From Ideonella sp. (GTDB lineage Bacteria > Pseudomonadota > Gammaproteobacteria > Burkholderiales > Burkholderiaceae_C): DNA of 64,000 nt. Of this stretch, positions 54,727-64,000 are shown one piece after another. The notes under the pieces were generated by a model. The model did not search any database. It saw only the letters and a list, made by a program, of their open reading frames with translations, and was not told where the DNA came from. Positions within the stretch are counted from its first letter, which is position 1; each line of letters begins with the position of its first letter. The stretch covers positions 2,423-66,422 of the forward strand of contig JAXHNT010000043.1 of the NCBI GenBank assembly GCA_034520165.1, in the 5' to 3' direction. A program made the position numbers and the translations under genes.

Positions 54727-55704
54727 TCAAGGCCTGGAATCGTCCCACATCAGGCGCACAGTTTGAGTTTCTTTACCTGCTGCGGGGGCCGGGCTGGCGC
54801 AACTCTCCTCGTCCTCGTCAAAGGCTTTGTCGCCTTGCGGGTCAGGGATGCCGGTGGCCTTGATGCTCTCAAACGGATGCAGCTTTCGGTCCATCATGTG
54901 AGAGAGCGTGATGTTGCCCATGGCGCTGAACATATTGTCGATACGCCCTGGGTACTGCTTGTCCCACTCGCGGATCATCTTTTTGGTCAGCACACGCTGC
55001 AGGTTCTCTTGGCTGCCGCACAGGCTGCAGGGGATGATGGGGAAAGCCTTGTGATCGGACCAGCGCACCAAGTCGTCTTCGGCCACATAGGCCAGCGGGC
55101 GGATCACCACAAATTCGCCGTTATCGCTCACCAGCTTGGGCGGCATGCCTTTCATGCGGCTGCCGAAGAACATGTTCATCAGCAGGGTCACCACCATGTC
55201 GTCGCGGTGGTGGCCCAGCGCGATCTTGTTGCAGCCCAGCTCCCGCGCCACGCGGTAGAGGATGCCCCGGCGCAGCCGCGAGCACAGGCTGCACATGGTC
55301 TTGCCTTCCGGGATGATGTTCTTGACGATGCTGTAGGTGTCTTGCGTCTCGATGTGAAACGGCACGCCCACTTGGCGAAGGTAATTGGGCAGCACCTCGG
55401 CCGGAAAGCCCGGCTGCTTTTGGTCGAGGTTGACGGCGATCAACTCAAACTTGATGGGGGCCCGCTTCTGCAGGTTCATCAAGATGTCCAGCATGCTGTA
55501 GCTGTCTTTGCCACCCGAGAGGCAGACCATGACCTTGTCGCCTTCTTCAATCATGTTGAAGTCGGTGATGGCCTGGCCCACTTGCCGGTGCAGGCGCTTG
55601 CTGAGCTTGTTGGTCTCGAAGGCGGCCTTCTTGGCTTGCTTGGCGGCCAGCTCGTCCGCGCTCAACTCGGGGCGCAACTCAGGGGTTTGGAGAACGTCGC
55701 TCAT
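54727..55704 (-). CDS. ttcA: tRNA 2-thiocytidine(32) synthetase
   Basis: [30 protein letters not shown]. Confidence 0.97.
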   Translation of the reverse strand: MSDVLQTPELRPELSADELAAKQAKKAAFETNKLSKRLHRQVGQAITDFNMIEEGDKVMVCLSGGKDSYSMLDILMNLQKRAPIKFELIAVNLDQKQPGFPAEVLPNYLRQVGVPFHIETQDTYSIVKNIIPEGKTMCSLCSRLRRGILYRVARELGCNKIALGHHRDDMVVTLLMNMFFGSRMKGMPPKLVSDNGEFVVIRPLAYVAEDDLVRWSDHKAFPIIPCSLCGSQENLQRVLTKKMIREWDKQYPGRIDNMFSAMGNITLSHMMDRKLHPFESIKATGIPDPQGDKAFDEDEESCASPAPAAGKETQTVRLMWDDSRP

Positions 55705-55714
55705 GGGGAGGTCA

Positions 55715-56107
55715 TCAGTCTTTCATGCCGAAGACTTCCACACCCACCGCATCGCAGTCGGGGTAGACATCGGGCTTTTCGGTGGACACGCTGGCAGCCC
55801 GCACATTGGGGTGGGCCAGCATCAGGGCCAGCACTTCGTCGCACAGGGTTTCTTGCAGGTGGATGTGGCCCTTGGAGACACGCTCGGCAATGGTGCGGCG
55901 GATGAAGTCGTAGTCCAGCACTTCCTCCAGCTCATCGACCTTGGGCGTAGAGGTGGCCAGGGGCACAAAGAGGTTCACATTGATCAGCACGCGCTGCTCG
56001 CCCTTCTTCTCGAAGTCGTGCACGCCGATGTTGATCCACACCTCGTAGTCGCGCAAAAACAGGCGGCGGCAATCGCGCAGGCCAGGGTGAAGCAAAGAGG
56101 TCTGCAT
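55715..56107 (-). CDS. folB: Dihydroneopterin aldolase
   Basis: [24 protein letters not shown]. Confidence 0.9.
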   Translation of the reverse strand: MQTSLLHPGLRDCRRLFLRDYEVWINIGVHDFEKKGEQRVLINVNLFVPLATSTPKVDELEEVLDYDFIRRTIAERVSKGHIHLQETLCDEVLALMLAHPNVRAASVSTEKPDVYPDCDAVGVEVFGMKD

Positions 56108-56114
56108 GATCGGT

Positions 56115-56969
56115 TCAGCCTTGAGAGGAGTTCAAATTCTGTTGCGCCAAAAACAGCACGTCGCGCGGCTGCGCCGCCAAGTGCTGACCACCGTCCACCA
56201 GCAAGGTGGTGCCGGTGATGGCGGGGGATTCAATGCAAAAACGCACCGCCCGCGCAATGTCTTGCGGGGTAGACGAGCGCTGCAGCGGGGTCAGGCGGTG
56301 GGCGGCGGCAAACTCGGCCTCGTTCATCGGGCCTGAAACCAGCGTCACGCCAGGGGCCACGCCCACCACGCGCACGGCCGGTGCCAGGGCTTGGGCCAGC
56401 AGCACGGTGGCCTCGCGCAGCGCAGCTTTGGAGAGGGTGTAAGAGAAGTAGTCTGGGTTGGGGTTCCAGAGCTTTTGGTCCAGCAGGTTGACCACACAGC
56501 CCTGGCCCCCGCGCTCGGCCACATGCTGGGCCAGGGCTTGGGCCAGCAGCACCGGGGCCACGGTGTTGGCCTGCCAGTGTGCGCGCAGGGCCTCGGGCGT
56601 CAGCGCCTGGGGGCTGGCGGGGCCGGGCGCGTCATAGTCAAAGCGCGAGGCATTGTTCACCAGCGCATCCACCCGCCCCAGCGCTGCCACCGCACGCGGC
56701 AGCAGCTCGGCGCAGGCGGTGTCGTCGCCCAAGTCGGCCGCCAGCACGGCCACGCGCGCACCCAGGGCCTGCAGTTGGACCACGGCGTCTTGCACGGCGG
56801 CGGCGGCCTCACCGTCTTGGCGCCGCACATGCAGCGCCAGATCGTGGCCGGCAGCGGCCAGCTCGCACGCAATAGCCAGGCCAATGCGCCGCGCGCCGCC
56901 CGTCACCAGGGTGACGGGGCGCTGCGGCGCGGGGGAGGGGGTGTGGAGGGGCACGAACCTACAATCCAT
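56115..56969 (-). CDS. SDR oxidoreductase (pteridine reductase/FolM-like); start uncertain
   Basis: TGGARRIG, VNNAS, YTLSK, ITG..L.VDGG; adjacent to folB. Confidence 0.85.
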   Translation of the reverse strand: MDCRFVPLHTPSPAPQRPVTLVTGGARRIGLAIACELAAAGHDLALHVRRQDGEAAAAVQDAVVQLQALGARVAVLAADLGDDTACAELLPRAVAALGRVDALVNNASRFDYDAPGPASPQALTPEALRAHWQANTVAPVLLAQALAQHVAERGGQGCVVNLLDQKLWNPNPDYFSYTLSKAALREATVLLAQALAPAVRVVGVAPGVTLVSGPMNEAEFAAAHRLTPLQRSSTPQDIARAVRFCIESPAITGTTLLVDGGQHLAAQPRDVLFLAQQNLNSSQG

Positions 56970-56971
56970 GA

Positions 56972-58150
56972 ATGCACAAAACGCCATCGCCCGGCCCTGC
57001 GGATGCAGCAGGCGGCGAACCCCACAGTTTAAATGGCTGCCCTGACTCCGGGGTGGAGCCCGCACTGCGCACCCGGATTCGTGAGGCCATGGCCGCCCAC
57101 GCCGGCTGGCTGCCCTTCGACCAGTTCATGGCCCTGGCGCTCTATGAGCCGGGCTTGGGCTACTACAGCAACAGCAGCCGCAAGTTTGGCCTGATGCCGG
57201 GCAGTGGCAGCGACTTTGTGACGGCGCCTGAGCTGTCGCCCCTGTTCGGCCAAGCCCTGGCCCAGCAGGTGGCGCAGGCGCTGCAAGCCACCGGCACGCA
57301 AGACGTCTTCGAGTTCGGCGCGGGCTCTGGCGCCTTGGCCGAGCAGGTCATCAGCAGCTTGGACGCGCTGGGCCAGCCCCTGGCGCGCTACACCATCATC
57401 GACCTCTCGGGCGAGCTGCGCGAGCGCCAAGCCCTGCGCTTGGCCCGCTTTGGCGAGCGCGTGCAGTGGGCCCAAACCTGGCCCGCCACCATGCGCGGCG
57501 TTGTGTTGGGCAATGAAGTGCTGGACGCCATGCCGGTGCACCTGCTGCACTTTGACGGCCAGCAATGGCTGGAGCGCGGCGTGGTGTGGGACGAACGCAC
57601 CCACGCGTTTGCCCACGCCGACCGGCCCACGGATCTGCACCCATCGCTGGAAGATCTCAGCGGCTTTGTGCCCGGCACCACCACCGAGATCCACCGCCAG
57701 GCCGAGGCCTTCATCCGCAGCCTGGCCGAGCACCTGCAGCACGGCGTCGCCCTGTTCTTGGACTACGGCTTCCCCGAGGCCGAGTACTACCACCCCCAAC
57801 GCATTGGCGGCACCTTGATGTGCCACCAAGCCCACGTTGCCGACACCGACCCGCTGGTCAGCGTGGGCCTCAAAGACATCACCGCCCACGTCAACTTCAC
57901 CGGCATTGCGCTGGCGGCGCAAGACGCCGGGATGCAGATCTTGGGCTACACCAGCCAGGCTCGCTTCTTGATGAACAGCGGCCTCATGCCCCTGCTGGCC
58001 GCCGCCAGCGTGCAAGAGCGCGCCATGGCGCAAAAGCTGATCACCGAGCACGAGATGGGCGAGCTGTTCAAAGTGATCGCCCTGGCCTCCGCCGATGTCA
58101 CCCTGGACCCAGTGGGCTTTGTGGCGGGTGACCGCACGCATAGGCTGTGA
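56972..58150 (+). CDS. SAM-dependent methyltransferase, MidA/NDUFAF7 family; start uncertain
   Basis: ALYEPGLGYY, DFVTAPE, EFGAGSG, NEVLDAMP, DYG, DITAHVNF, MGELFKV. Confidence 0.9.
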   Translation: MHKTPSPGPADAAGGEPHSLNGCPDSGVEPALRTRIREAMAAHAGWLPFDQFMALALYEPGLGYYSNSSRKFGLMPGSGSDFVTAPELSPLFGQALAQQVAQALQATGTQDVFEFGAGSGALAEQVISSLDALGQPLARYTIIDLSGELRERQALRLARFGERVQWAQTWPATMRGVVLGNEVLDAMPVHLLHFDGQQWLERGVVWDERTHAFAHADRPTDLHPSLEDLSGFVPGTTTEIHRQAEAFIRSLAEHLQHGVALFLDYGFPEAEYYHPQRIGGTLMCHQAHVADTDPLVSVGLKDITAHVNFTGIALAAQDAGMQILGYTSQARFLMNSGLMPLLAAASVQERAMAQKLITEHEMGELFKVIALASADVTLDPVGFVAGDRTHRL

Positions 58151-58153
58151 GCG

Positions 58154-58345
58154 ATGCGCTGGCTCATCGTCTTCCTGCTGGCGTTTCTGATCTTCAACCG
58201 CCTGGGCACTTGGCTCGGCCGCATCGGCCTGGGCCGCCTGCCGGGCGATGTGCGCTTCACCCTCTTCGGGCGCGAGATTTTTCTGCCCTTTGCCAGTAGC
58301 ATCGTGTTGTCGGTGCTGGCGGCGGGGATCAGTTACATGCTCTGA
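58154..58345 (+). CDS. DUF2905 small membrane protein
   Basis: GLGRLPGD...LPFASSIVLS. Confidence 0.85.
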   Translation: MRWLIVFLLAFLIFNRLGTWLGRIGLGRLPGDVRFTLFGREIFLPFASSIVLSVLAAGISYML

Positions 58346-58393
58346 TCCTGCCGGTCCGGTTTTCGAGTGAGCATTGCGGACTGTGCGGGCAGC

Positions 58394-58918
58394 TCAGCAA
58401 CCAGAGGTATCGACCGCGACGGAAGGTGTTGTGGCACCCGATCCTGCTTCGTGGTAGATCACTGCACACGTGTCGAGGTTTGCTCCATTGACAGGTTGGT
58501 GATACTTCAATGTATGGCCATTAGGCTGAACGATGTCAAAGCCGCTGACTTGTATCCAGACAGCGATATTGCCTGATCGCAGCGTGCTGTCTGGCGCGTA
58601 CCCCGCTCTTGCCGAAGGGTAACCGTTCACTAGCGCAGCATCGATACCATCAATGGTGAAACCGCTGGGGTACACGATGCCATTGCATTGGGTGCTCAAA
58701 AAGCACTTCGCGTTCACCATTCGAGCGGCAGACACAATGTCCCCATGCAGCTTCGTGACAGCGGCCACGCGTGCGTCTCGTCGCATATCGACAAACTTGG
58801 GCAGCGCTGTTGCGGCCAAGATGCCCAAAATGACGATGACAACGATCAGCTCAATCAGCGTGAATCCTCGTTGACGGCGGGGTGGGTTTGCCTGTCGTGT
58901 GGACAATGAGAGCTTCAT
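58394..58918 (-). CDS. Type IV pilin, MshA-like
   Basis: Class III signal QRG|FTLIELIVVIVILGILAATALPKF; C-terminal Cys pair (DTCAVIY...TSGC). Confidence 0.88.
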   Translation of the reverse strand: MKLSLSTRQANPPRRQRGFTLIELIVVIVILGILAATALPKFVDMRRDARVAAVTKLHGDIVSAARMVNAKCFLSTQCNGIVYPSGFTIDGIDAALVNGYPSARAGYAPDSTLRSGNIAVWIQVSGFDIVQPNGHTLKYHQPVNGANLDTCAVIYHEAGSGATTPSVAVDTSGC

Positions 58919-59904
58919 GGGGCCATCCTCAATTTAAAAAATTTGGCAGATGCAGCCAAGGCCCCGCTGCGCGGCAGGATCTGGCTGACCAGTGCGCGTT
59001 TTCGAGATTCAGCCTGCTCATTCGGCCCTTGGCAAGTGCCTGCCGCATGGTGCCCACCACCGCCGTGTTCCAGCATCAGCGCGCCCACATCCATCGTGTT
59101 GCGGCGGCCGAAGATGGATTTGCCCACGGTGTAGACCGTGTTTTGCTTCTCGCGGCCCCACATCACGTGCATGGAGATGTCGCACTGCGGGAACATGGCG
59201 TAGACCACGAAGCGGTTGCCCGCAAAAATGGTGTCTTCTTTGCGCAGGTCCAGGATGACCAGGTTGTCGTGGACTTCGGCAACGCGCTGGATTTGGTCGC
59301 GGAACAGGGCGTGCTGGGCGAAGAACAAGTCGACGCGCTCTTTGACATCCGGCAAGGCCAAGATGTCTTGGATGGGCATGTCGCGGCAGCACTCGATGAG
59401 TTGCATCATCAACTGGTAGTTGGAGATGCGGAATTCTCTGAAGCGGCCGAGGCCGGTGCGGGCGTCCATCAAGAAGGACAGCAGCTCCCAGCCTTGCGGG
59501 TGCAACACATCGCCTTCGGTGAACCCGGCGGAGTCGGCCTTGTCGACGGCGTGCATCATCTCGTCGCTGACGCGTGGGAAGCGGGCCTTGCCGCCAAAGT
59601 GCGCATAGACCACCCGGGCGGCTGACTTGGCATCGGCCTTCAGCACATAGCCCGGCGTGGGCTTGCCGTTGTTGCGCTCGGCTTCGCTGGAGTGGTGGTC
59701 AAAGCACATGCCGCAGCCCGGCACATAGGGCAGGTTGGTGAGGATGTCTTGCGCCGTCACCGCGACCTTGCCGTCTTGCATATCCTTGGGGTGCACAAAG
59801 ACGATCTCGCCCAGCATGTCCATCTCTTGGAGCAGCACGGCGCAGACCAGACCGTCCATGTCGCTGCGGGTCAATAGGCGGTACTTTTGAGGGGCAGTGG
59901 TCAT
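58915..59904 (-). CDS. DHH/DHHA1 phosphoesterase (exopolyphosphatase-like/nanoRNase-like), paralog 1
   Basis: TRSDMDG, FDHH, DKADS, GGGGHHAAG. Confidence 0.85.
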   Translation of the reverse strand: MTTAPQKYRLLTRSDMDGLVCAVLLQEMDMLGEIVFVHPKDMQDGKVAVTAQDILTNLPYVPGCGMCFDHHSSEAERNNGKPTPGYVLKADAKSAARVVYAHFGGKARFPRVSDEMMHAVDKADSAGFTEGDVLHPQGWELLSFLMDARTGLGRFREFRISNYQLMMQLIECCRDMPIQDILALPDVKERVDLFFAQHALFRDQIQRVAEVHDNLVILDLRKEDTIFAGNRFVVYAMFPQCDISMHVMWGREKQNTVYTVGKSIFGRRNTMDVGALMLEHGGGGHHAAGTCQGPNEQAESRKRALVSQILPRSGALAASAKFFKLRMAP

Positions 59905-60032
59905 GTTGAGAGGCTCCCAGTGTCAAAAAGGCTGGCGCCGGCCTGACGCCGGGCACATGTTTCCTTTTCGGCCAAAGTGGCGGCGGCTTTACCTTATGGT
60001 CGCTGACCCGGTTGGGTGCCGCGCAGAAAGTC

Positions 60033-61001
60033 TCAGGCCGGCACGGGCTGCGCCTGGCGCGACAGTGCCACGATGCGCTCCGTCAGGCGTTGCTTGTGCC
60101 GGTCGGCGCTGGCGTTGGGGACTTGGCAGGCGCCCGCGGCGTCATGGCCGCCGCCGCCGTGGTCCAGCATCAGGGCGCCAATGTCCATCGTGTTGCGTCG
60201 GCCAAAGATCGACTTGCCCACGGTGAAGGCGGTGTGTTCGTTGTGCCGCGAGCGCATCACGTGCATGGAGATGTCGCACTGGGGGAACACGGTGTAAACC
60301 AGAAAGCGGTTGCCCACGTAAATGGGGTCTTCGTCGCGCAGGTCGAGCACCACCAGGTTGTCGTGCACCTGGCCGACCCGACGCAACTGGTCCTCGAACG
60401 CGGCTTGCTGCGCAAAGTAGCGCGAGGTGCGCTCTTTCACGTCGGGCAGTTCCAAGATCGCTTCCGCACTCAGCGTGCGGCAGGCATCGATCAGCATTTC
60501 CATCAACTGATAGTTGGAGAGGCGGTAGTCCTTGAAGCGGCCCAGGCCGGTGCGAGCGTCCATCAAGAACGATAACAAGGCCCAGCCGCTGGGGTGCAGC
60601 ACCTCCCCGCGGCTGAAGTCGGCCGAGTCGGCGCGGTCCACGGCGTCCATCAGCGCTGGGCTGATGTTGGGAAAGCTGGCCGCGCCGCCGTAATAGTCAT
60701 ACACCACGCGTGCCGCTGACTTGGCGTTGGCATGCAGGACATAGCCGGGGGTTTTGAAACCTAAATTGCGTTTGGCCTCGCTGGAATGGTGGTCAAAGCA
60801 CAGGGCGCAGCCGGGGATGTAGGGCAGGTTGGCCAAGATGTCGTGCTCGTGCACCTCGACCTTTCCGTCTTGCACGTCTTTGGGGTGGTGGAAGACCACC
60901 TCGCCAAGGATATCCAGCTCCCTCAGCAGCACGGCGCAGATCAGGCCGTCCATGTCGCTGCGGGTCAGCAGCCGGTACTTATCGGGAGGGGTCGCAATCA
61001 T
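60033..61001 (-). CDS. DHH/DHHA1 phosphoesterase, paralog 2
   Basis: TRSDMDG, FDHH, DRADS, GGGGHDAAG; colinear with paralog 1. Confidence 0.85.
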   Translation of the reverse strand: MIATPPDKYRLLTRSDMDGLICAVLLRELDILGEVVFHHPKDVQDGKVEVHEHDILANLPYIPGCALCFDHHSSEAKRNLGFKTPGYVLHANAKSAARVVYDYYGGAASFPNISPALMDAVDRADSADFSRGEVLHPSGWALLSFLMDARTGLGRFKDYRLSNYQLMEMLIDACRTLSAEAILELPDVKERTSRYFAQQAAFEDQLRRVGQVHDNLVVLDLRDEDPIYVGNRFLVYTVFPQCDISMHVMRSRHNEHTAFTVGKSIFGRRNTMDIGALMLDHGGGGHDAAGACQVPNASADRHKQRLTERIVALSRQAQPVPA

Positions 61002-61121
61002 CAGTCGGTACGCCAAAGTTGGGAGTGCGCAGGCGAACTTCCGCCATGCGTCCGCGCGCTATCGACCCAAATCCGCAAGCCTCAAGCGGCCGCTGCATAC
61101 AGTGGCGCAGAGTGCGCAGTT

Positions 61122-62345
61122 CTACACGTTCGCGGTGCTCAAGGCGGCCGCGCGGGCTTGATGCAGGGCGTTACCAATGCCCGCTCCCTTCACCCCGCGT
61201 GCCAGCGCATCGGCGGCCACGGCGGCGGTGTCTACCGCATCCAGCACGGCCAGGGCGTGCAGCAGGCGGGTGCGGCTGGGGTAGGCCGCTTCTTCAAAGC
61301 CCAAGCGGCCTCGGGCATCGGCCTCGCAGGCCAGCAAGGCCTGCTCAAAACGCTCACGGCGGCGGAAGGCATCGCAGCGCTCGATCAGACGCAGCAGGGC
61401 TGCCGCGTTCAGCTCGGTGGCGCGGTGGATGTTGGTGTGCTCTCGCGCCACCATCACGGCCAGCTCGCTGCACTCGGTGGGGGTTTTGAGGCGCTGCGCC
61501 ATTTTGCGGGTCAAGCGTTCGCTGCGTGCTTCATGGGCGATGTGGCGCGGCCATTCTTCGGGGGGCGTGCGGCCCTTGCCCAGGTCATGGCACAAGGCCG
61601 CAAAGCGCACCGGCAGCGGCGCTTGCAAGCGGGCGGCCATGTCCAGCACCATCAGCGTGTGCACGCCGCAGTCGATCTCGGGGTGATGTTGGGGCGGCTG
61701 GGGCACGCCCCACAGCGCGTCCACCTCCGGCAGCAGCCGCGCCAGGGCGCCGCAGTCCCGCAGCACCTGCAGCATGCGGCTGGGGCGCGCCTCCATCAGG
61801 CCACGGGCCAGCTCTTGCCACACGCGTTCGGGCACCAGCGCGTCCACCTCGCCGCTGGCCACCATCTGCTGCATCAGGTGCAGGGTCTCTGGCGCGACGC
61901 TGAAGTCCGTCAGCCGGGCGGCAAAACGGGCCAGGCGCAGGATGCGCACCGGGTCTTCGGCAAAGGCCTCGCCCACATGGCGCAGCACGCGTTGTTGCAA
62001 GTCGGCCTGGCCGCCGTAAGGGTCGATGAGCTGCCCTTCGGCGTCCTGTGCCATGGCGTTGATGGTCAGGTCGCGCCGTTGCAGGTCTTGCTCCAGCGTC
62101 ACATCGGGCGCGGCATGCACCGCAAAGCCGTGGTAGCCCGGCGCGGTTTTGCGCTCGGTGCGGGCCAGGGCATATTCCTCATGGGTCTGGGGGTGCAAAA
62201 AGACGGGGAAGTCTTTGCCCACCGCCACAAAGCCCGCGTCCAACATGGCCTGGGGAGAGCTGCCCACCACCACCCAATCGCGGTCATGTACGGGGCGGCC
62301 CAGCAGAGCGTCGCGCACCGCGCCGCCCACCACATAGCACTTCAT
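61122..62345 (-). CDS. cca: Multifunctional CCA-adding enzyme with HD domain
   Basis: [40 protein letters not shown]. Confidence 0.97.
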   Translation of the reverse strand: MKCYVVGGAVRDALLGRPVHDRDWVVVGSSPQAMLDAGFVAVGKDFPVFLHPQTHEEYALARTERKTAPGYHGFAVHAAPDVTLEQDLQRRDLTINAMAQDAEGQLIDPYGGQADLQQRVLRHVGEAFAEDPVRILRLARFAARLTDFSVAPETLHLMQQMVASGEVDALVPERVWQELARGLMEARPSRMLQVLRDCGALARLLPEVDALWGVPQPPQHHPEIDCGVHTLMVLDMAARLQAPLPVRFAALCHDLGKGRTPPEEWPRHIAHEARSERLTRKMAQRLKTPTECSELAVMVAREHTNIHRATELNAAALLRLIERCDAFRRRERFEQALLACEADARGRLGFEEAAYPSRTRLLHALAVLDAVDTAAVAADALARGVKGAGIGNALHQARAAALSTANV

Positions 62346-62776
62346 GGGGCGCTGGGCAGCTCGCGCTGCATCATGAACTTGCTGATTTCGGGGGTGAAGC
62401 CCGCGACTTTCCAGACCATGCGATAGCCCAGCTTTTCATAAAAGCCCCGAGCTTGAAAGCTGAAGGTGCTGAGGTAGATGCGGCGCACGCCACGGGCCTG
62501 GGCCGCGTGTTCAAAGTTTTGCATCAAGCGCCGGCCCAGGCCGCTGCGGCGCTGCGCTTCATCGACCCAGACTTGCTCAACCTCGGCGCACTCGCCCCAG
62601 GTCCGGCCGACGACGCCGCCCAGCGTGGCACCGCGCTCATCTTGCGCTGCGCAGACCAAGGGCTGCACCTGCTGCAGCGGCGCGTGGCTCAGGTTGTAGT
62701 GATCCAGCCCCGAGTCGACGGCGTCAACGACGCCTGCCGGGCGCTCTTGGGTGGTGATCCAGCGGAGGTCGGACAT
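62342..62776 (-). CDS. GNAT N-acetyltransferase
   Basis: [31 protein letters not shown]. Confidence 0.88.
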   Translation of the reverse strand: MSDLRWITTQERPAGVVDAVDSGLDHYNLSHAPLQQVQPLVCAAQDERGATLGGVVGRTWGECAEVEQVWVDEAQRRSGLGRRLMQNFEHAAQARGVRRIYLSTFSFQARGFYEKLGYRMVWKVAGFTPEISKFMMQRELPSAP

Positions 62777-62796
62777 GGCGAGACCAAAGCGGGGTG

Positions 62797-63798
62797 TCAG
62801 CGATGCAAGGCGCGCCAAGCCTCCAGCCGAGCGCAGCCTTGGTGGTGGCGCAAATAGGCGGGGGCGACGGCCATCAAGGCGGTGGGGCCGAGCCCCAACG
62901 CTGCCAGCCCTGGACGCCCCGGGGTGGCAATGTTGGGCACGGTCATCGAGGCCAGGTTATCGCGGGACATCAAGGGCTCGCCGGGCAAGCACTCCATGAC
63001 CAGGGCTTGGAGTTGGGCCAGCGCCGAGGGCAAGGGCAGCACGGTGCGCGGGTGGCCACTGAGCTGCCCGGTGAGCTCGACCAACTGCCGCAGCGTGAAG
63101 ACGTCGGGGCCGGCGCACTCCAAGGTCTGGCCGGCACTCTGCGGTTGCCGCAAGCTGGCCACCACGGCCTGTGCCACATCGCCCACCCACACCGGCTGAA
63201 AGCGTGCCTCGGCCCCCGCCAGCGGCATCAGGGGGAACAGGGCTTGCAAGGCCGCAAAGAGGTTCAGGAACTTGTCGTGCACCCCAAAAATCACCGAGGG
63301 ACGCAGCATGGTGAGTTGCAAGCCCTGGGCCAGAGCCGCCTCGCGCAGCACCTGCTCGCCCGCCGCTTTGCTGCGCAGATAGGCGGAGGGTGCTGACGCG
63401 GGGGCGCCTTCGGGCACGCCCAGCGCGCTGACATGCACCAAGCGGCGCACAGCTTGGCGCGCCATGGCGGCGGCCAGGCGGCGCGGCAGGCCCACATGCA
63501 CCTGCTCAAAGGCTGCGGCGCTGCCGTGCAAGATGGCCACCAGGTTGACCACGGCGTCACAGCCCTTCAGCAGGGCGTCGAGCGCGGCATCTTGGTGAAT
63601 GTCGGCTTGAATCAGGTCCACATTGGGCAGCATGCGCACGGCCCCCGCACGCTGCGCGCGGCGTGAGGGCACGCGCAAGCGAGCGCCTGCGAGCTGGGGG
63701 TCGCGTGCCAGCGCATCACACAAAGCGCTGCCGACAAAGCCGGAGCCGCCCAAGACCAGGATATGGCGCATGGCCGGTGTTGCCTCCACGGCGCTCAC
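62797..63798 (-). CDS. NAD-dependent epimerase, complex I NDUFA9-like family
   Basis: GGSGFVG, VNLVAILH, VHVSALG, YLRSK, RPSVIFG, FQPVWVGDVA. Confidence 0.9.
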   Translation of the reverse strand: MSAVEATPAMRHILVLGGSGFVGSALCDALARDPQLAGARLRVPSRRAQRAGAVRMLPNVDLIQADIHQDAALDALLKGCDAVVNLVAILHGSAAAFEQVHVGLPRRLAAAMARQAVRRLVHVSALGVPEGAPASAPSAYLRSKAAGEQVLREAALAQGLQLTMLRPSVIFGVHDKFLNLFAALQALFPLMPLAGAEARFQPVWVGDVAQAVVASLRQPQSAGQTLECAGPDVFTLRQLVELTGQLSGHPRTVLPLPSALAQLQALVMECLPGEPLMSRDNLASMTVPNIATPGRPGLAALGLGPTALMAVAPAYLRHHQGCARLEAWRALHR

Positions 63799-64000
63799 GG
63801 CAGCTCCCTGTCCGGGGCGGGCGCCTGGGCGTCCCGAGGGCCGATATTGGCCCCTAAGCGTGGCTTCAATGCCACCGGTCTGCCGGCGGCCAATCCGGCG
63901 TAGTAGCTGGCGTTGGACAGCACGCGTTTGACGTAGTCGCGGGTTTCATGCAGGGGAATGTTCTCGATCCAGATCGCGGGCTCCAGCACCGGGCCTTCGC
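63795..64000 (-). CDS. slt: Soluble lytic transglycosylase, C-terminal fragment (window edge)
   Basis: WIENIPLHETRDYVKRVL motif; usual slt-epimerase-cca order. Confidence 0.85.
   Translation of the reverse strand, partial: EGPVLEPAIWIENIPLHETRDYVKRVLSNASYYAGLAAGRPVALKPRLGANIGPRDAQAPAPDRELP

Overview
A GC-rich betaproteobacterial window; gene content and order point to Burkholderiales of the Rubrivivax/Comamonadaceae type (inference). It is mostly core genome. 1-18.4 kb holds the 3' str operon (fusA partial, tuf), rpsJ, and the S10, spc and alpha ribosomal clusters, with a peroxiredoxin between S10 and spc. Then come dsbD, initiator tRNA-Met, yajC-secD-secF, DUF1631, smg-dprA-LysM/def-fmt-htpX, azlCD, pgk-maeB-pyk-fba, purC/purEK, tsaC, dacB, tsaB-rimI-udg, glmU, ttcA, folB, an orphan MshA-type pilin, two tandem DHH/DHHA1 phosphoesterases, cca and the 3' end of slt. 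The most notable signal is a dispersed 65-125 nt multi-hairpin repeat family with 5 clear copies, all in sense orientation. Each has conserved C-rich/G-rich cores, while its stems differ in sequence but keep their pairing. Three copies start 0-5 nt after the stop codons of fusA, rpoA and pyk. Two are translated in frame inside housekeeping proteins: 23 extra residues in Pgk and about 25 in the RimI tail, both reading LGRPG. Other points are a degenerating infA, a likely catalytically dead SGNH lipoprotein, and several small frameshifts in essential genes that are most probably sequencing errors.
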